Source: Macrostomum lignano (taxonomy: Eukaryota). Taken from it: DNA of 64,000 bases. Both the position numbers and the translations under genes were made by a program. Location: assembly GCA_002269645.1 (NCBI GenBank), contig NIVC01000247.1, positions 372,001-436,000 on the forward strand, written 5' to 3'. Below, piece by piece: positions 49,195 to 61,501 of the stretch; the first letter of the stretch is position 1, and every line of letters starts with the position of its first letter. The notes under the pieces are model-generated. The model saw nothing but the letters and a program-made list of their open reading frames with translations. It searched no databases and was not told the DNA's origin.

Positions 49195-49428
49195 ATGTCT
49201 TCAACAGTCTCAGTTGGTGCAGCTGCTAGTGCTAAAACTGCCATTGAGTCGCAGCTGCTCAAGTCAACTCGCCTGTTTGTTCGTCACGCTGAAGAGTTCA
49301 AATTGCACCTGAGCTTGGCTTATCCGCAGCCATTGGCGTCTGGCCAGCAGCAGCCACTGCAGCCTCATCCGTTTAATTTTAATCGGGCCAAAGAAGAAAT
49401 TGCCAGCGTCACCTTGGCCCGCATTCAG
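49195..49428 (+). CDS. PDE12: 2',5'-phosphodiesterase 12, exon 1 (true start may lie upstream)
   Basis: RHAEEFKLHLSLAY...FNFNRAKEEIASVTLARIQ resembles the PDE12 N-terminal region. Donor CAG|GTGAGA is phase 0. Confidence 0.7.
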
Positions 49429-49449
49429 GTGAGACATTGTGGACTTCGA

Positions 49450-50522
49450 TAATCACCCCCTCAGACACCTTGATAATCGCCCCTCAGATACCTTGATAAT
49501 CGCCCCTCAGGCACCTTGATGATCGCCCCCCCCCTCAGACACCTTGATAATCACCCCTCAGATACCTTGATAATCGCCCTCAGACACCTTGATAATCGCC
49601 CCTCAGACACCTTGATAATCGCCCCTCAGACACCTTGATAATCGCCCCTCAGATACCTTGATAATCGCCCTCAGACACCTTGATAATCGCCCCTCAGACA
49701 CCTTGATAATCGCCCCTCAGATACCTTGATAATCGCCCTCAGACACCTTGATAATCGCCCCTCAGACACCTTGATAATCGCCCCTCAGACACCTTGATAA
49801 TCGCCCCCTCAGACACCTTGATAATCGCCCCTCAGACACCTTGATAATCGCCCCTTAGAAACCTTGATAATCACCCCTCAGATACTTTGACAATCACCCC
49901 CTCAGACACCTTGATAATCGCCCCTCAGATACCTTGATAATCGCCCTCAGACACCTTGATAATCACCCCTCAGACACCTTGATAATCGCCCCCTCAGACA
50001 CCTTGATAATCGCCCCCCGCAGACACTTTGATAATCGCCCTCTTAGACACCTTGATAATCGCCCCATTCAGACACCTTAATAATCGCCCCCTCAGACACT
50101 TTGATAATCGCCCCTTTCAGACACCTTGATAATCGCCCCCTCAGACACCTTGATAATCGCCCCCTCAGACGCCTTGATAATTGCCCCCTCAGACACTTTG
50201 ATAATCGCCCCTTTCAGACACCTTGATAATCGCCCCCCTCAGACACCTTGACAATCGCCCCCTCAGATACCTTGATAATCACCCCTCAGACACCTTGATA
50301 ATCACCCCTCAGACACCTTGATAATCGCCCCCTCAGACACCTTGATAATCGCCCCCCCCCTCACACACCTTGATGATCGCCCCCCCCCCCTCAGACACCT
50401 TGATAATCGCTCCTCAAACTCAAACACCTTAATAATCGCCCCAGACACTTTAATAATCGCCCTCTCAGACACCTTGATAATCGCCCCATTCAGACACCTT
50501 AAAAATCGCCCCTCAGACACAT
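49450..50522. repeat. 22-26-bp minisatellite CAGACACCTTGATAATCGCCCCT, about 45 copies, in PDE12 intron 1
   Basis: Directly visible. Confidence 0.95.
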
Positions 50523-50624
50523 TGACTGTTAAAAATATTTAGAGTATCATACTACTTACTATTCTTATATGATAGTAGAATAATTGGCCTATGCAAAGCA
50601 ACCATTTACAAAAATCATTGCTAG

Positions 50625-51316
50625 GCCAGCATCAACAATCACCTGGAGTCGCGCATGCGATCCAAGTTAAAACGGAAACAACGGAGACAGCAAGACAAAG
50701 AGCCGCGCGATTCTTCTGAGCAGTCTGATGAGCAAAATAATGGTGCCAACTCAGAACTGAGCTCTCATCCCTGCTATGTTAGGGATTTGGCTATTCTAGA
50801 TTCGGCTGGCAACCCCTTGGATACCAATACTGCTCTGTGCGGCGATGCCTTCTGCAGCGGGCACACCCTCAGTTTGAACTCGGGTTTAATCACCTACCAA
50901 ATGCTTGTAGACCCGTGCCTGATTTTGTGCTGCAAGCTCACCAGCCAGTTGCTAAGCGGATTTCCTCTCCACTGCGATCTACAGTTGGAGTCCTGCTCAG
51001 AATGTGAACGAATCTGGGAGCTTTCAAGCAGCCTGACTAAACCGAACTGGACTGAGTTCAGCCGGTCCAGGTGTCCGACTTTACCTGTTGATTCCGCTGA
51101 TTGCTTTGTCCGGTTAACTGCGGTGCCACCAGATGGAGGACTGCAGTTCCAGCAGACATTCGGGCCAGTGGCCAATGCTCTGAACAGTTACGTGTCCACC
51201 AGGCACGCTTTCACCCCGGCTGTGACCGCTTCGGACACTGTCCGAGTTGTGTCCTACAATCTACTGGCTAATCTCTATGCCGACTCTGACTATTCCAGAA
51301 ATCAGCTGTTTCCATG
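50625..51316 (+). CDS. PDE12: PDE12 exon 2
   Basis: Acceptor CTAG|GCC; ends with VRVVSYNLLANLYADSDYSRNQLFP(W). Donor TG|GTGCGT is phase 2. Confidence 0.9.
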
Positions 51317-51344
51317 GTGCGTAGCTGGCTGTTGCCCACTTGCA

Positions 51345-51792
51345 GCAATCTGATTAGTTGAGGGGGGAATTGGCTAAAGAATCTGATTGGCTGATAGGGG
51401 AATTAGCCAAAGAATCTGATTGGTTGGGGGCGGAAATGGCCAATGAATCTTATTGGTTCAGAGGGGAATGGGCCAGTGAATCTGATTGGTTGAGAGAGGG
51501 AAATCGACCAAAGAATCTGATTGGTTGAGCCAGGAAGTTGGCCAAAGAATCTGATTGGTTGGGGGGGGGGGTGGCCAATGAATCTGATTGGTTGAGAGAG
51601 GGAAATTGACCAAAGAATCTGATTGGTTGAGCCAGGAAGTTGGCCAAAGAACCTGATTGGTTGGGGGGAATTGAGCGAATAATCTGATTGGTTGAGCCAG
51701 GAAGTTGTCCAAAGAATCTGATTGATTGGGGGGAATTGAGCGAAAAATCTGATTGGTTGAGCCGAGAAGTTGGCCAAAGAATCTGATTGGGC
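51345..51792. repeat. 31-34-bp minisatellite with AATCTGATTGGTT core in PDE12 intron 2
   Basis: Directly visible; about 14 units. Confidence 0.92.
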
Positions 51793-51837
51793 AATAGTGA
51801 ACCCATCAACAAAGGCAACCCATGCACGGCGCCGCAG

Positions 51838-52512
51838 GTGCGACCCCAACTACCTGTCCATGTCCTACCGGAAGTGCCTGATATTTCGCGAGCTCAGCGG
51901 CTACAACGCCGATCTGGTGGCCTTGCAAGAGGTGGACGAGCCGCTGTTCCGGTCTGGCGGGCTGGCCGAGTTCCTTGAGCACGAGTGCGGCCTGTCCGGT
52001 CTCAGCCAGATGAAACTCGGACAGGACGGCAAGCCGGCCCAAGAGGGCCTGGCGCTGTTCTATCGTACCAGCCGGTTTGACTTGGCCGAGGACCGGTCTC
52101 TGCCGTCGCTAAATCAGTATCTGGACTCGACGGAGTCCCTGGCGCCGCTGTCCTCGGCAGTCAAAGCGAACGAGAAGTTCTTAGAAACCTGGCAGGCTCG
52201 GGGCCAGTGCGCTCAGGTGCTGATACTGCGGTGCAGGGACTCGCCTGGCCGCTACCTGTGCGCCTGCACCACTCACCTGTTTTGGTATCCGTCGGCTAAT
52301 CTCGTCAGGCTGCTGCAGACTCACCTGGTGCTGCATCATCTGGATCAGATCAAGAGAGAGTACTCGGCTAGGGGTGACCAGCTGGCCATTGTGCTGGCTG
52401 GCGATTTCAACAGCATGCCGGACAGGGGTCCCTACTGGCTGACCACCAGGGGACATCTGGCCGCTGAGCATGCCGACTGGTTCAGCCCTGGGCGGGAGGC
52501 CATGATTGACAG
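51838..52512 (+). CDS. PDE12: PDE12 exon 3 (EEP nuclease core)
   Basis: Acceptor CCGCAG|G. It carries YNADLVALQEVD, THLFW and LAGDFNS motifs. Donor AG|GTGAGA is phase 2. Confidence 0.92.
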
Positions 52513-52547
52513 GTGAGAGAACCGGGACGCTTCTGAGTCCCTAGTAG

Positions 52548-52915
52548 CTTGTCGCTGAGTCTGGGGAGCTGGTAGCTGAGTCTGGGGAGCTGGTAGCTGA
52601 GTCTGGGGAGCTGGTAGCTCAGTCTCGGGAGCTGGTAGCTCAGTCTCGGGAGCTGGTAGCTGAGTCTCGGGAGCTGGTAGCTCAATCTCGGGAGCTGGTA
52701 GCTCAGTCTCGGGAGCTGGTAGCTCAGTCTCGGGAGCTGGTAGCTGAGTCTCGGGAGCTGGTAGCTCAATCTCGGGAGCTGGTAGCTCAGTCTTGATGTG
52801 GTAGCTGAACTCAAGAGCTGGTAGTTGAATTCAAGGGCTGGTAGCTGAACTCAAGAGCTGGTAGCTGAACTACTAGATCTGGTAGCTGAACTCAAGAGCT
52901 GGTAGCTAAGCCCCA
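52548..52915. repeat. 21-bp minisatellite GCTGAGTCTCGGGAGCTGGTA, about 17 copies, in PDE12 intron 3
   Basis: Directly visible. Confidence 0.93.
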
Positions 52916-52956
52916 AGAGCCGGCAGCTGAGCCAGATGGCATCTCAACCCCCGCAG

Positions 52957-53194
52957 GCAGCAGCTCAGCCACAGTCTGTCCCTGGCCGCAGCCTACGAAC
53001 CGCAGCCCTTCACAAACTACACCGGAGGCTTCAGCGGCCATCTCGATCACATCTTCTTTGACACCGAGCTGCTCAAACTGCAGGGCACGGTGCCCCTGCC
53101 AAGGCTGGAGGACATCCACCCGCTCACCGCTCTGCCAAATCGTTGCTATCCAAGCGATCATCTCGCCCTCATCGCTGACCTGATGTGGCTGTAG
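52957..53194 (+). CDS. PDE12: PDE12 exon 4
   Basis: Acceptor CCCCCGCAG|G; translation FTNYTGGFSGHLDHIFF...ALPNRCYPSDHLALIADLMWL*. The joined CDS is 1839 nt (612 aa). Confidence 0.92.
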
Positions 53195-53569
53195 CCTCAT
53201 TGGTGCGCCTCCTGCTTTTTCTAGCTGTTTATGAATTATTAACTTGAATTTTAGCTGATAAAAAACTATTTTGTGTGAAAGATTTATACTACTCAAAATA
53301 GTATAATTTAGTTAAGAAATATATATAATCAAAGTTGTAGTTTTTGGTCCATTGTTATTTTTATTTTTTTTGCAAAAATATTTCGCTTGATTATTAACAG
53401 TGTCCTGTATTTTCTAACGGATATGGAGGGCTTGCAGAAAATATCTAATCTTGCATACTAGATGTAAGTTCTAAAATTGCTGTCTAAATCTGCGGGATTC
53501 TGTGCAGTTGAAAGTGCAAAAAATCTTAGCAAATTAATGTATGAACTTATGAGGATGTATAGCCATTCT

Positions 53570-54770
53570 CTCAAATCCTCAATCAGTATGTGCAGTCACT
53601 CACAGATCCTCAATCAAGATGTACAGTCACTCTCCCAGATCATCAATCAGTATTGGCAGTCACTCTCCCAGATCATCAATCAGTATTGGCAGTCACTCTC
53701 CCAGATCCTCAATCAAGATGTACAGTCACTTTCCCAGATCCTCAATCAGTATTGGCAGTCACTTTCTTAGATCCTCAATCAAGATGTACAGTCACTTTCC
53801 CAGATCCTCAATCAAGATGTACAGTCACTCTCCCAGATCCTCAATCAAGATGTACAGTCACTCTCCCAGATCCTCAATCAAGTTGTACAGTCACTTTCCC
53901 ATATCCTCAATCAAGATGTACAGTCACTCTCCCAGATCCTCAATCAAGATGTACAGTCACTCTCCCAGATCCTCAATCAAGTTGTACAGTAACTTTCCCA
54001 GTTCCTCAATCAAGATGTACAGTAACTTTCCCAGATCCTCAATCAGTATTGGCAGTCACTTTCCCAGATCCTCAATCAAGATGTACAGTAACTTTCCCAG
54101 ATCCTCAATCAAGATGTACAGTAACTTTCCCAGATCCTCAATCAAGATGTACAGTCACTTTCCCAGATCCTCAATCAGTATTGGCAGTCACTTTCCCAGT
54201 TCCTCAATCAAGATGTACAGTCACTTTCCCAGATCCTCAATCAAGATGTACAGTCACTTTCCCAGATCCTCAATCAAGATGTACAGTCACTTTCCCAGAT
54301 CCTCAATCAAGATGTACAGTCACTCTCCCAGATCCTCAATCAGTATTGGCAGTCACTTTCCCAGATCCTCAATCAAGATGTACAGTAACTTTCCCAGATC
54401 CTCAAACAGTATTGGCAGTCACTTTCCCAGATCCTCAATCAAGATGTACAGTCACTTTCCTAGATCCTCAATCAAGATGTACAGTCACTTTCCCAGATCC
54501 TCAATCAAGATGTACAGTAACTTTCCCAGATCCTCAATCAAGATGTACAGTCACTCTCCCAGATCCTCAATCAGTATTGGCAGTCACTTTCCCAGATCCT
54601 CAATCAGTATTGGCAGTCATTTTCCCAGATCCTCAATCAAGATGTACAGTCACTCTCCCAGATCCTCAATCAAGTTGTACAGTCACTCTCAGATCCTCAA
54701 TCAAGTTGTACAGTCACTCTCACAGATCCTCAATCAAGATGTACAGTCACTTTCCCAGATCCTCCATCAG
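53570..54770. repeat. 33-bp minisatellite AGATCCTCAATCAAGATGTACAGTCACTTTCCC, about 36 copies, between convergent genes
   Basis: Directly visible; the period is divisible by 3, which explains the artefactual 11-aa-repeat ORFs. Confidence 0.95.
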
Positions 54771-54969
54771 GCTTAAAAAGTGATCAAAAGTTGGATGATT
54801 GTCTTGAAAATGTTACTGCCGTGCCAAAGTTGACATAAAAGTGATATTATGCTGCTATCGCTGCCGGCCTGCAGAAGATTTCTCGCTAATAGGGCGCTAA
54901 GCTGGTATGGTATCACGAGTTAAGCGAGGGCTTTATATGTAGAAATTTCGTGCCGCTGTGCAGCTGCAG

Positions 54970-55139
54970 TCAGGCTTTAGCACGAAAAGCCATTGTCAGA
55001 GCGACTTGCTCTGTACCAGCTGACGTTTTCGACTCTGTCTTGTCCTCTCCAGAGCTCTGCTGCTCCTGATGCTCCGCTGTGCGAATGAAATTGACCAGAG
55101 AGCAGCCAAAGTCACCGTCTAGGCTCCAGAAGCAAAGAT
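54970..55139 (-). CDS. Uncharacterised MGCxxS-motif protein, exon 4
   Basis: Acceptor CACCAG|AT (phase 1) after a 90-nt intron; DLCFWSLDGDFGCSLVNFIR...AKA*. The joined CDS is 774 nt (257 aa). Confidence 0.5.
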
Positions 55140-55229
55140 CTGGTGGAATGTTTTTTAAAGAGAGCGATCGAACAAACAAACAAGTTGTGCTCAAAAAGAT
55201 TTTGAGAAGTTAACCAACCGCGCAATTAC

Positions 55230-55328
55230 CTGCTTTGGCAGCAGCCACGTGTTCTTTGTTGCTATCCGTTATATCTTCTTCACTCTTTGACTTGATCTCC
55301 GTCATCAGATTAGTCAGATAAAGCGGCA
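55230..55328 (-). CDS. Uncharacterised MGCxxS-motif protein, exon 3
   Basis: Acceptor TTTCAG|TG and donor G|GTAATT; 99 nt, phase 1-1, open (PLYLTNLMTEIKSKSEED...). Confidence 0.55.
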
Positions 55329-55889
55329 CTGAAATTTAAATGCTTTTTTCCAGCTTTGCGATTCAAACAATTCAGTTCACAATTCAAGAATGTTGAACAT
55401 TCGCTTTCGATAAAGAAACGTCGACAGTGTTGAAGAAAGGTTCAATTTGGAGAGCTGGAGGACCAATACATTCAGTGAGAGCTAAGCATTTGTCTTCCAA
55501 AAAGGAAATATTTTGAAGGCCAAAAGAAGTCATGGCTATCACTGGTCTAGATATCTTGTCCAGTTTGCTATTGTAAAGTTTGAAGGACTACGAATTGGCT
55601 TCGCGGATCAGAATTTGCCGACCCCTGATCTACCGCATAACAATGGCCAGATGAGATGAGATGATGAAGGAAATAGAGGAAAAAAGAAGAGAGGAGTTTA
55701 GATAGAAGAGAGCTGAGAATACGTATGCGTATACAGACCTTGAGCAGGCCGGATTGCTATTGTGGAGTTACAATGGGCCCTGAGGGCCGGATAGAGCGGC
55801 TTCATGGACAGAATTTAGTCCGCGGAAGTGTTCCTAATCAAGTCAAGCTTAATTAAACATTCTTCCCATTGAATTCGCGAGCAGCTCAC

Positions 55890-56202
55890 GGTTTTGTCTC
55901 TCTTGCACGCTTAGAATCCTTGTCAATACTCGGAACGCCTCCTCGTTGTTTGAAGACTTCTTCTCTGCAGAGTCCTTGTCTACCGACGCCGCAGCCGATG
56001 CAGCGTCCTTGGCAACGCGACAAGCCTCGTCGTGCAGCTTCAAGGGAGTGTCGCTAATTTGCTTTGAGAAAACCTCCTTTCGCTGACGATTCAATTCCTT
56101 CAGTAGCTGCTCCTCAGGGCTCGCTGACGGACTGCTAGACTCTGACACTGCTGCTTGCTGTTGTCGAATTTTGTTTAACTGTTGTTCGTTCTGATCGTGA
56201 AC
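55890..56202 (-). CDS. Uncharacterised MGCxxS-motif protein, exon 2
   Basis: Acceptor CCACAG|GTT, helical Q/E/K-rich translation, donor C|GTGAGC (phase 1). Unspliced read-through would stop at 55849. Confidence 0.6.
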
Positions 56203-56374
56203 CTGTGGTTTGAATTGTATCCAGCTAGACACATAAGTCAACAAAGGCGCCTCGGAAATTTCGCACATCATTTAAAAGATGAGGAAGTATACCTTTGTTA
56301 ATATAGACGAACTAAAGAAGCTACTAGAAATTTTAGTTCAAACAGTCTCAGCAAGCCCATGTACAGTTTAAATA

Positions 56375-56945
56375 TAGAATGCATGGGTGCACTTTAGAGA
56401 TAGAATGCATGGGTGCACTTTAGAGATAGAATGCATGGGTGCAGTTTAGAGATAGAATGCACAGGTGCAGTTTAAAGATAGAATGCACAGGTGCAGTTTA
56501 AAGATAGAATGCATTGGTGCAGTGTAGAGATAGAATGCACAGGTGCACTTTAGAGATAGAATGCATGGGTGCAGTTTAGAGATAGAATGCATGGGTGCAG
56601 TTTAGAGATAGAATGCATGGGTGCACTTTAGAGATAGAATGCATGGGTGCACTTTAGAGATAGAATGCATGGGTGCACTTTAGAGATAGAATGCATGGGT
56701 GCAGTTTAGAGATAGAATGCATGGGTGCAGTTTAGAGATAGAATGCATGGGTGCAGTTTAGAGATAGAATGCATGGGTGCACTTTAGAGATAGAATGCAT
56801 GGGTGCAGTTTAGAGATAGAATGCATGGGTGCAGTTTAGAGATAGAATGCATGGGTGCAGTTTAAAGATAGAATGCATTGGTGCAGTGTAGAGATAGAAT
56901 GCACAGGTGCAGTTTAAAGATAGAATGGGGTGCAGTTTAGATAGA
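56375..56945. repeat. 26-bp minisatellite TTTAGAGATAGAATGCATGGGTGCAG, about 22 copies, in intron 1 of the MGCxxS gene
   Basis: Directly visible. Confidence 0.95.
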
Positions 56946-57042
56946 ATGGACAGTTTAGTGACAGAACGGGTAACTACTCTGCCCTGGACTAGCCATAACT
57001 CCCAGTGTGAACATAATTCAGAGTCGAAATGACGTACAGTAC

Positions 57043-57234
57043 CTGCAAATAGTGACCGGAGCCCCCTCGGGTCTGCTGGCCCCAGCTGCCTGACTGAAAC
57101 CGCTGGCTAGCGTTCGGACTGGCGTTCCGGCTGTTCAGCGGCCGCGGCTCCCGGCGCACTGGCCGGCTGGACCGCGGCCTGCTGCTGGCCGGCCGTTGTT
57201 CGCCAGCCGTTTGAGTCGACGCTCCGCAACCCAT
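57043..57234 (-). CDS. Uncharacterised MGCxxS-motif protein, exon 1
   Basis: Starts MGCGAST (myristoylation/palmitoylation consensus). Donor CAG|GTACTG is phase 0. Confidence 0.65.
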
Positions 57235-58581
57235 CGTCTCTGCTGTTTTCGGCTTTGATCTGTAGAGATTGACCTTCTTTGATGTTGAGCTTTGCTGTCT
57301 GTCGTGTTCAGCTGGTCAGTTAACCGCGGCTTTTGTACTGGGGAAAAATCCTCAGGGAAGTGAAACTAGAGTCGGAGATGAGGTTGATGCAGATGGGGTT
57401 GCTATTGACAACCAAAGCGAAGCTTGTTTGATGCCTATGAGGCCTTGCTTGAGAGGCTTACAGCCGTCCTCACCTGTGCGTCAACCGCATGGAATCCGTG
57501 CAACTTGATAGCCGCATCATTGGCTCTAAGCTAAGCTCCGCTGATTCCCCTGTGCTCTCTATAGACTAAACTGATTTTTCATGGGAACTCCGCTTGTCCG
57601 CAGTTTAAGTTGCTGCTAATTCAACCGAGTCAAATACATGCTGGGCCGTTTTACTTCAAGCAGAGATCATTTTAATGTGAAACTTTGGAGTCATTGAAAA
57701 AATACGGAGAGTGGAATGGCTGTGCATATACTGTGCATGTACCCCTGCAACCAATGACGCAGATTTGGTATATATTTAGCCATTGAGGACAATGCATAAG
57801 AGGGTATTTCGTGACTTTTACTGTTAGGTATAGTCTGTTGCAACAGAAGCCTTCATTTCCAGATCAATGCGGGTCTCCCACGAAAGGATTTAGCTATAGA
57901 GCTGATTCTTTTGCTCTTAGCCAGCGAATCGAGTTTCATCATCTCTGTTCGGGGCTTACAAAGTGAATCTGCAGGGGCTTGACATGCGACCCGATGTTAT
58001 ACTTATAGTGGCTTTTTTGTGCAGAGTTCAGCCCTCTCGTCAGCTCTATGCATGTATAGCTTCGATCGTGTTACTGGGAAAATATCTTGCATAAGACGAT
58101 CTTCTTCCATAAGAGATGCTTGAATTAACCCTATTGAAGTAAATACTGCATTCATTAGTTGTTTCTCCATGAGTGCTCAATAGACGTCTGTTGTGTATCT
58201 GACTTAAATCTCACATCGTGTCGTCAAATGTGTATCTGCTTCAGGTCTGACATTGTGTGGTCAAATTTATCTACATCAGATCTGACATCGTGTACTCAAG
58301 TTCATATGCATCAGGTCTTGACATCGTATGCTCAAATATATTCTGTATCTTATCTCAGACCTGACACCGAAAGCTCATACACTGTATAATGTGCATACAA
58401 TAACGGGAGTGCCCATGCAGTCACAGCCAAATGTAATAATTATGCTGCTGCATAAATGGTTTGAGCACTCCAATAAAAGCCAATACCAGTCAGTCCACGT
58501 ACACTTAGATTTTGTCCGCACCTCCCAGTTTTTCCGCAAATTTCATGATGTGCCTGGAACGTGTCGCCAGCAAAATAATTG

Positions 58582-58938
58582 GTCTCTTGGTGGCGCCCCT
58601 GTCTCTTGGTGGGCGCCCCTGTCTCTTGGTGTGGGCGCCCCTGTCTCTTTCTGGGCGCCCCTGTCTCTTGGTGGGCGCCCCTGTCTCTTTCTGGGCGCCC
58701 CTGTCTCTTGGTGGGCGCCCCTGTCTCTTGGTGGGCGCCCCTGACTCTTGGTGGGCGCCCCTGTCTCTTGGTGGGCGGCTCTGTCTCTTGGTGGGCGCCC
58801 CTGTCTCTTGGTGGGCGCCCCTGACTCTTGGTGGGCGCCCCTGTCTCTTGGTGGGCGCCCCTGACTCTTGGTGGGCGCCCCTGACTCTTGGGGGCGCCCC
58901 TGACTCTTGGGGGCGCCCCTGTCTCTTGGTGGGCGACA
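58582..58938. repeat. 20-bp minisatellite GTGGGCGCCCCTG(T/A)CTCTTG, about 17 copies
   Basis: Directly visible; bracketed by a short inverted repeat TGTCGCC/GGCGACA. Confidence 0.93.
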
Positions 58939-59660
58939 AGCTCGTAATCTTAAGCGATCCCAAAACTAGATGATAAATTAATTAGCTAAACAAATTATAT
59001 GTGAATTGATATCATCCAATTGCCTGAAAATAACTCAGAAAAGTTGTTTTAGTCTATGATAAATGTGTCAATTCTACTTGAAATGCAATGATGAGAACAT
59101 CGCACCATCCCGTTCGTAACAATCTACCATGAGCTGCAATTTTTCACTGACAACAGCTAAAGCTGTCCATCCATGCCTGGACTCAGTCTGCTACAAATAA
59201 TACCAATTGCTGTCTTTATTCTTATCGCTGCAGAAGGAGGTTAGTGCAAATGTTTAATTTGCTCTTTACTTAAATGCTTTGCAAACCAATCATTTACCTT
59301 TAAAACTTGAACCATGCACTTCTTTGACTTGCAATTGGCAATTTTAGTGCTCAGTCAGAAATTTTATCTCGACTACTGTTTAGCGAATGGTGAATTGTGC
59401 GGCAATTCTGAGCACCATTGCTGCAGTCAGGTGTGTCGCAGATGGTTTCTCGGGTTATTCGGGACCTGCTCTGACTGATATGCGATAATTCGCACGGCTT
59501 TTGGAATTAGATTTAATTTTTTTAAACTTTAAATCAACAAACTTATAATTTCAAGTTTAAAATATACTTGTACACACAGCGCTGGCCATCATAAGAAATA
59601 TTTGCATTTCGATCCTTTGTTTTAATATCTTAAGTGAGTACGCCTCAAAGCAATTACATG

Positions 59661-59909
59661 CAGGGGCCGTCGCCAACGGCCTGGGGTACAGAGTGAATAT
59701 TTATATATCTGCGGCGCCGAAATGAGAGTGCCTGTGGCGCCAAATACATGTAAGTGCCTGCGGCGCCGAAATGAGCGCTTCCAACACAGATTCTGAAAAT
59801 AATGTACAATAGAATTAATTAGTCGTGTGCTTTGTATGTACACTGTACATGTAGAATGTAGGCTTCGTCCCCCCACAATAAAATCCATGGCGACTCGATG
59901 CCGGCACTG
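59661..59909. mobile_element. 249-bp hAT-type MITE with perfect 8-bp TSD ATTACATG
   Basis: CAGGGGCCG...CCGGCACTG termini; ATTACATG at 59653-59660 and 59910-59917. Confidence 0.72.
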
Positions 59910-60999
59910 ATTACATGTACATTAGGCCATTTAATAGCAGAGATCTTTAATACTATACGGCTGCACATGTACATGTAATTCTACGTACATGCACGTACGC
60001 GCCCGAGCACTACAGCGCGAGCAATGCGCAGCTAAATTTCCCTTCGGTATATACTCTCTTGAAATTCTGGACATTAAGGACAATTCTATAGATCTTACGT
60101 AAAAGGAAGATACAGTATCAAATCATGTCATATCATGCATGCATTTTCTGTCCGGTTTTCATTTTTTACTTTTCCAAGAGCGCCTCGATGTACAGATTGA
60201 TCATTGATTGCACATGTAGCCGCGTCGCCACCGGGGGGGGCAGGGAGACATGTCCCCCAAGTAAGGGGACATGCCATGCTTTGTCCTCCACATCCCACCA
60301 TATTATGATTGTTACCCGTTGTGAAAATCAATGATTTTTTCCTTAGTGTACGAGAAATACATGTATACACGTATATTAGAGACTACGGCGCCAAAATGAG
60401 TGCCTGCGCGCCAAAATGAGAACTGTCAATACCGATTTTCAATAAAATATTTTTACAGGAATTATTTTAAGTCATACATATGTCTGCATAATACACAAAT
60501 AATGTGGTCGAATTCTTAACTTAGCAGTTGTCCCATCATAAAATCTATGGTGCTCCCTATAGCCCTAAATTATCCCACTGCCGGATTACTAACGCAGGTC
60601 GCAGCACCGCAAAGTATGATTCTATACTTGCCAAAATGACTAGCAGAATTGACTGCCTTCGTTCACGATGTCTTCAGATGGACTAATATGTATAAAGTAC
60701 TTTTTAATAATTTTTTTCTTGTTTTAATTTTGGACATATGTAATATTATTTTCCTTATTTTTTTGTTTTTACCCAGTAAACGTTTTTGCTTTTGTTATGC
60801 AGATTAATTTTTTGTCTACTATTTAAACATTGTAAATATTCTATGAACCTCAGAATTTTTTTCCAGCAGGTGAGCTTTGATGTTTATATTTCCAGGCGTT
60901 TACAGCTTTCTAAGTGCTCAAATTATTTATTATCAATATTTCCTACTAACCAATTAGGAAAGACTTTACCGAACGGGAGCTGGAAGTAAGGAATTCGCG

Positions 61000-61501
61000 A
61001 TGTCTTTCGCTTTGCTTCGCCCAGGAATCCTTCGTTCTTGTTCTCTGGGCTTTACGCAGCCTCGATGTGCTCTTCAACTGAAATCCAAGGGTATTCAATA
61101 CTACTGGTTGGATCACCCCTATGAAAAGCTTCACGCAAAACCAAGTTTCTACGATCGCCCACAGTACCACTTGAATGAAAACAGTAGATCAATTACTGTC
61201 GAGGGCAATATCGCTGTTGGCAAGGGAACTTTTGCGCGCCATCTCGCCGACGTTTTGTACCTGAAGTACATCCCAGGCGTAAATGATGACAACTTCTTTA
61301 TTGACAGAAATTTTGAACCTGGGCTTGACTACAGGGACTACAACAAAGTGTTGCCTAAACGACTTCAGTTTTACACAACTGAGATGCTCTACACAGATAA
61401 AGATCCTATTAAAGATGGAAAGCCATTGTACCTCCAGCAAAACTACTATATGTACCGATGTCTAGACTATTGGAAAGGTTGTGGACATCTGTTTAACACA
61501 G
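61000..61501 (+). CDS. NDUFA10: NADH dehydrogenase 1 alpha subcomplex subunit 10 (dNK-fold), exon 1
   Basis: Mitochondrial presequence-like start, then ITVEGNIAVGKGTFA (P-loop) and LYLQQNYY...HLFNTG. Donor G|GTATTA is phase 1. Confidence 0.88.

Noticed and set aside
53590-54783. 397-aa and 385-aa 11-residue-repeat ORFs
   Set aside because: A 33-bp DNA-level satellite open in two frames, with no splice or start context and no codon-position bias in its variants.
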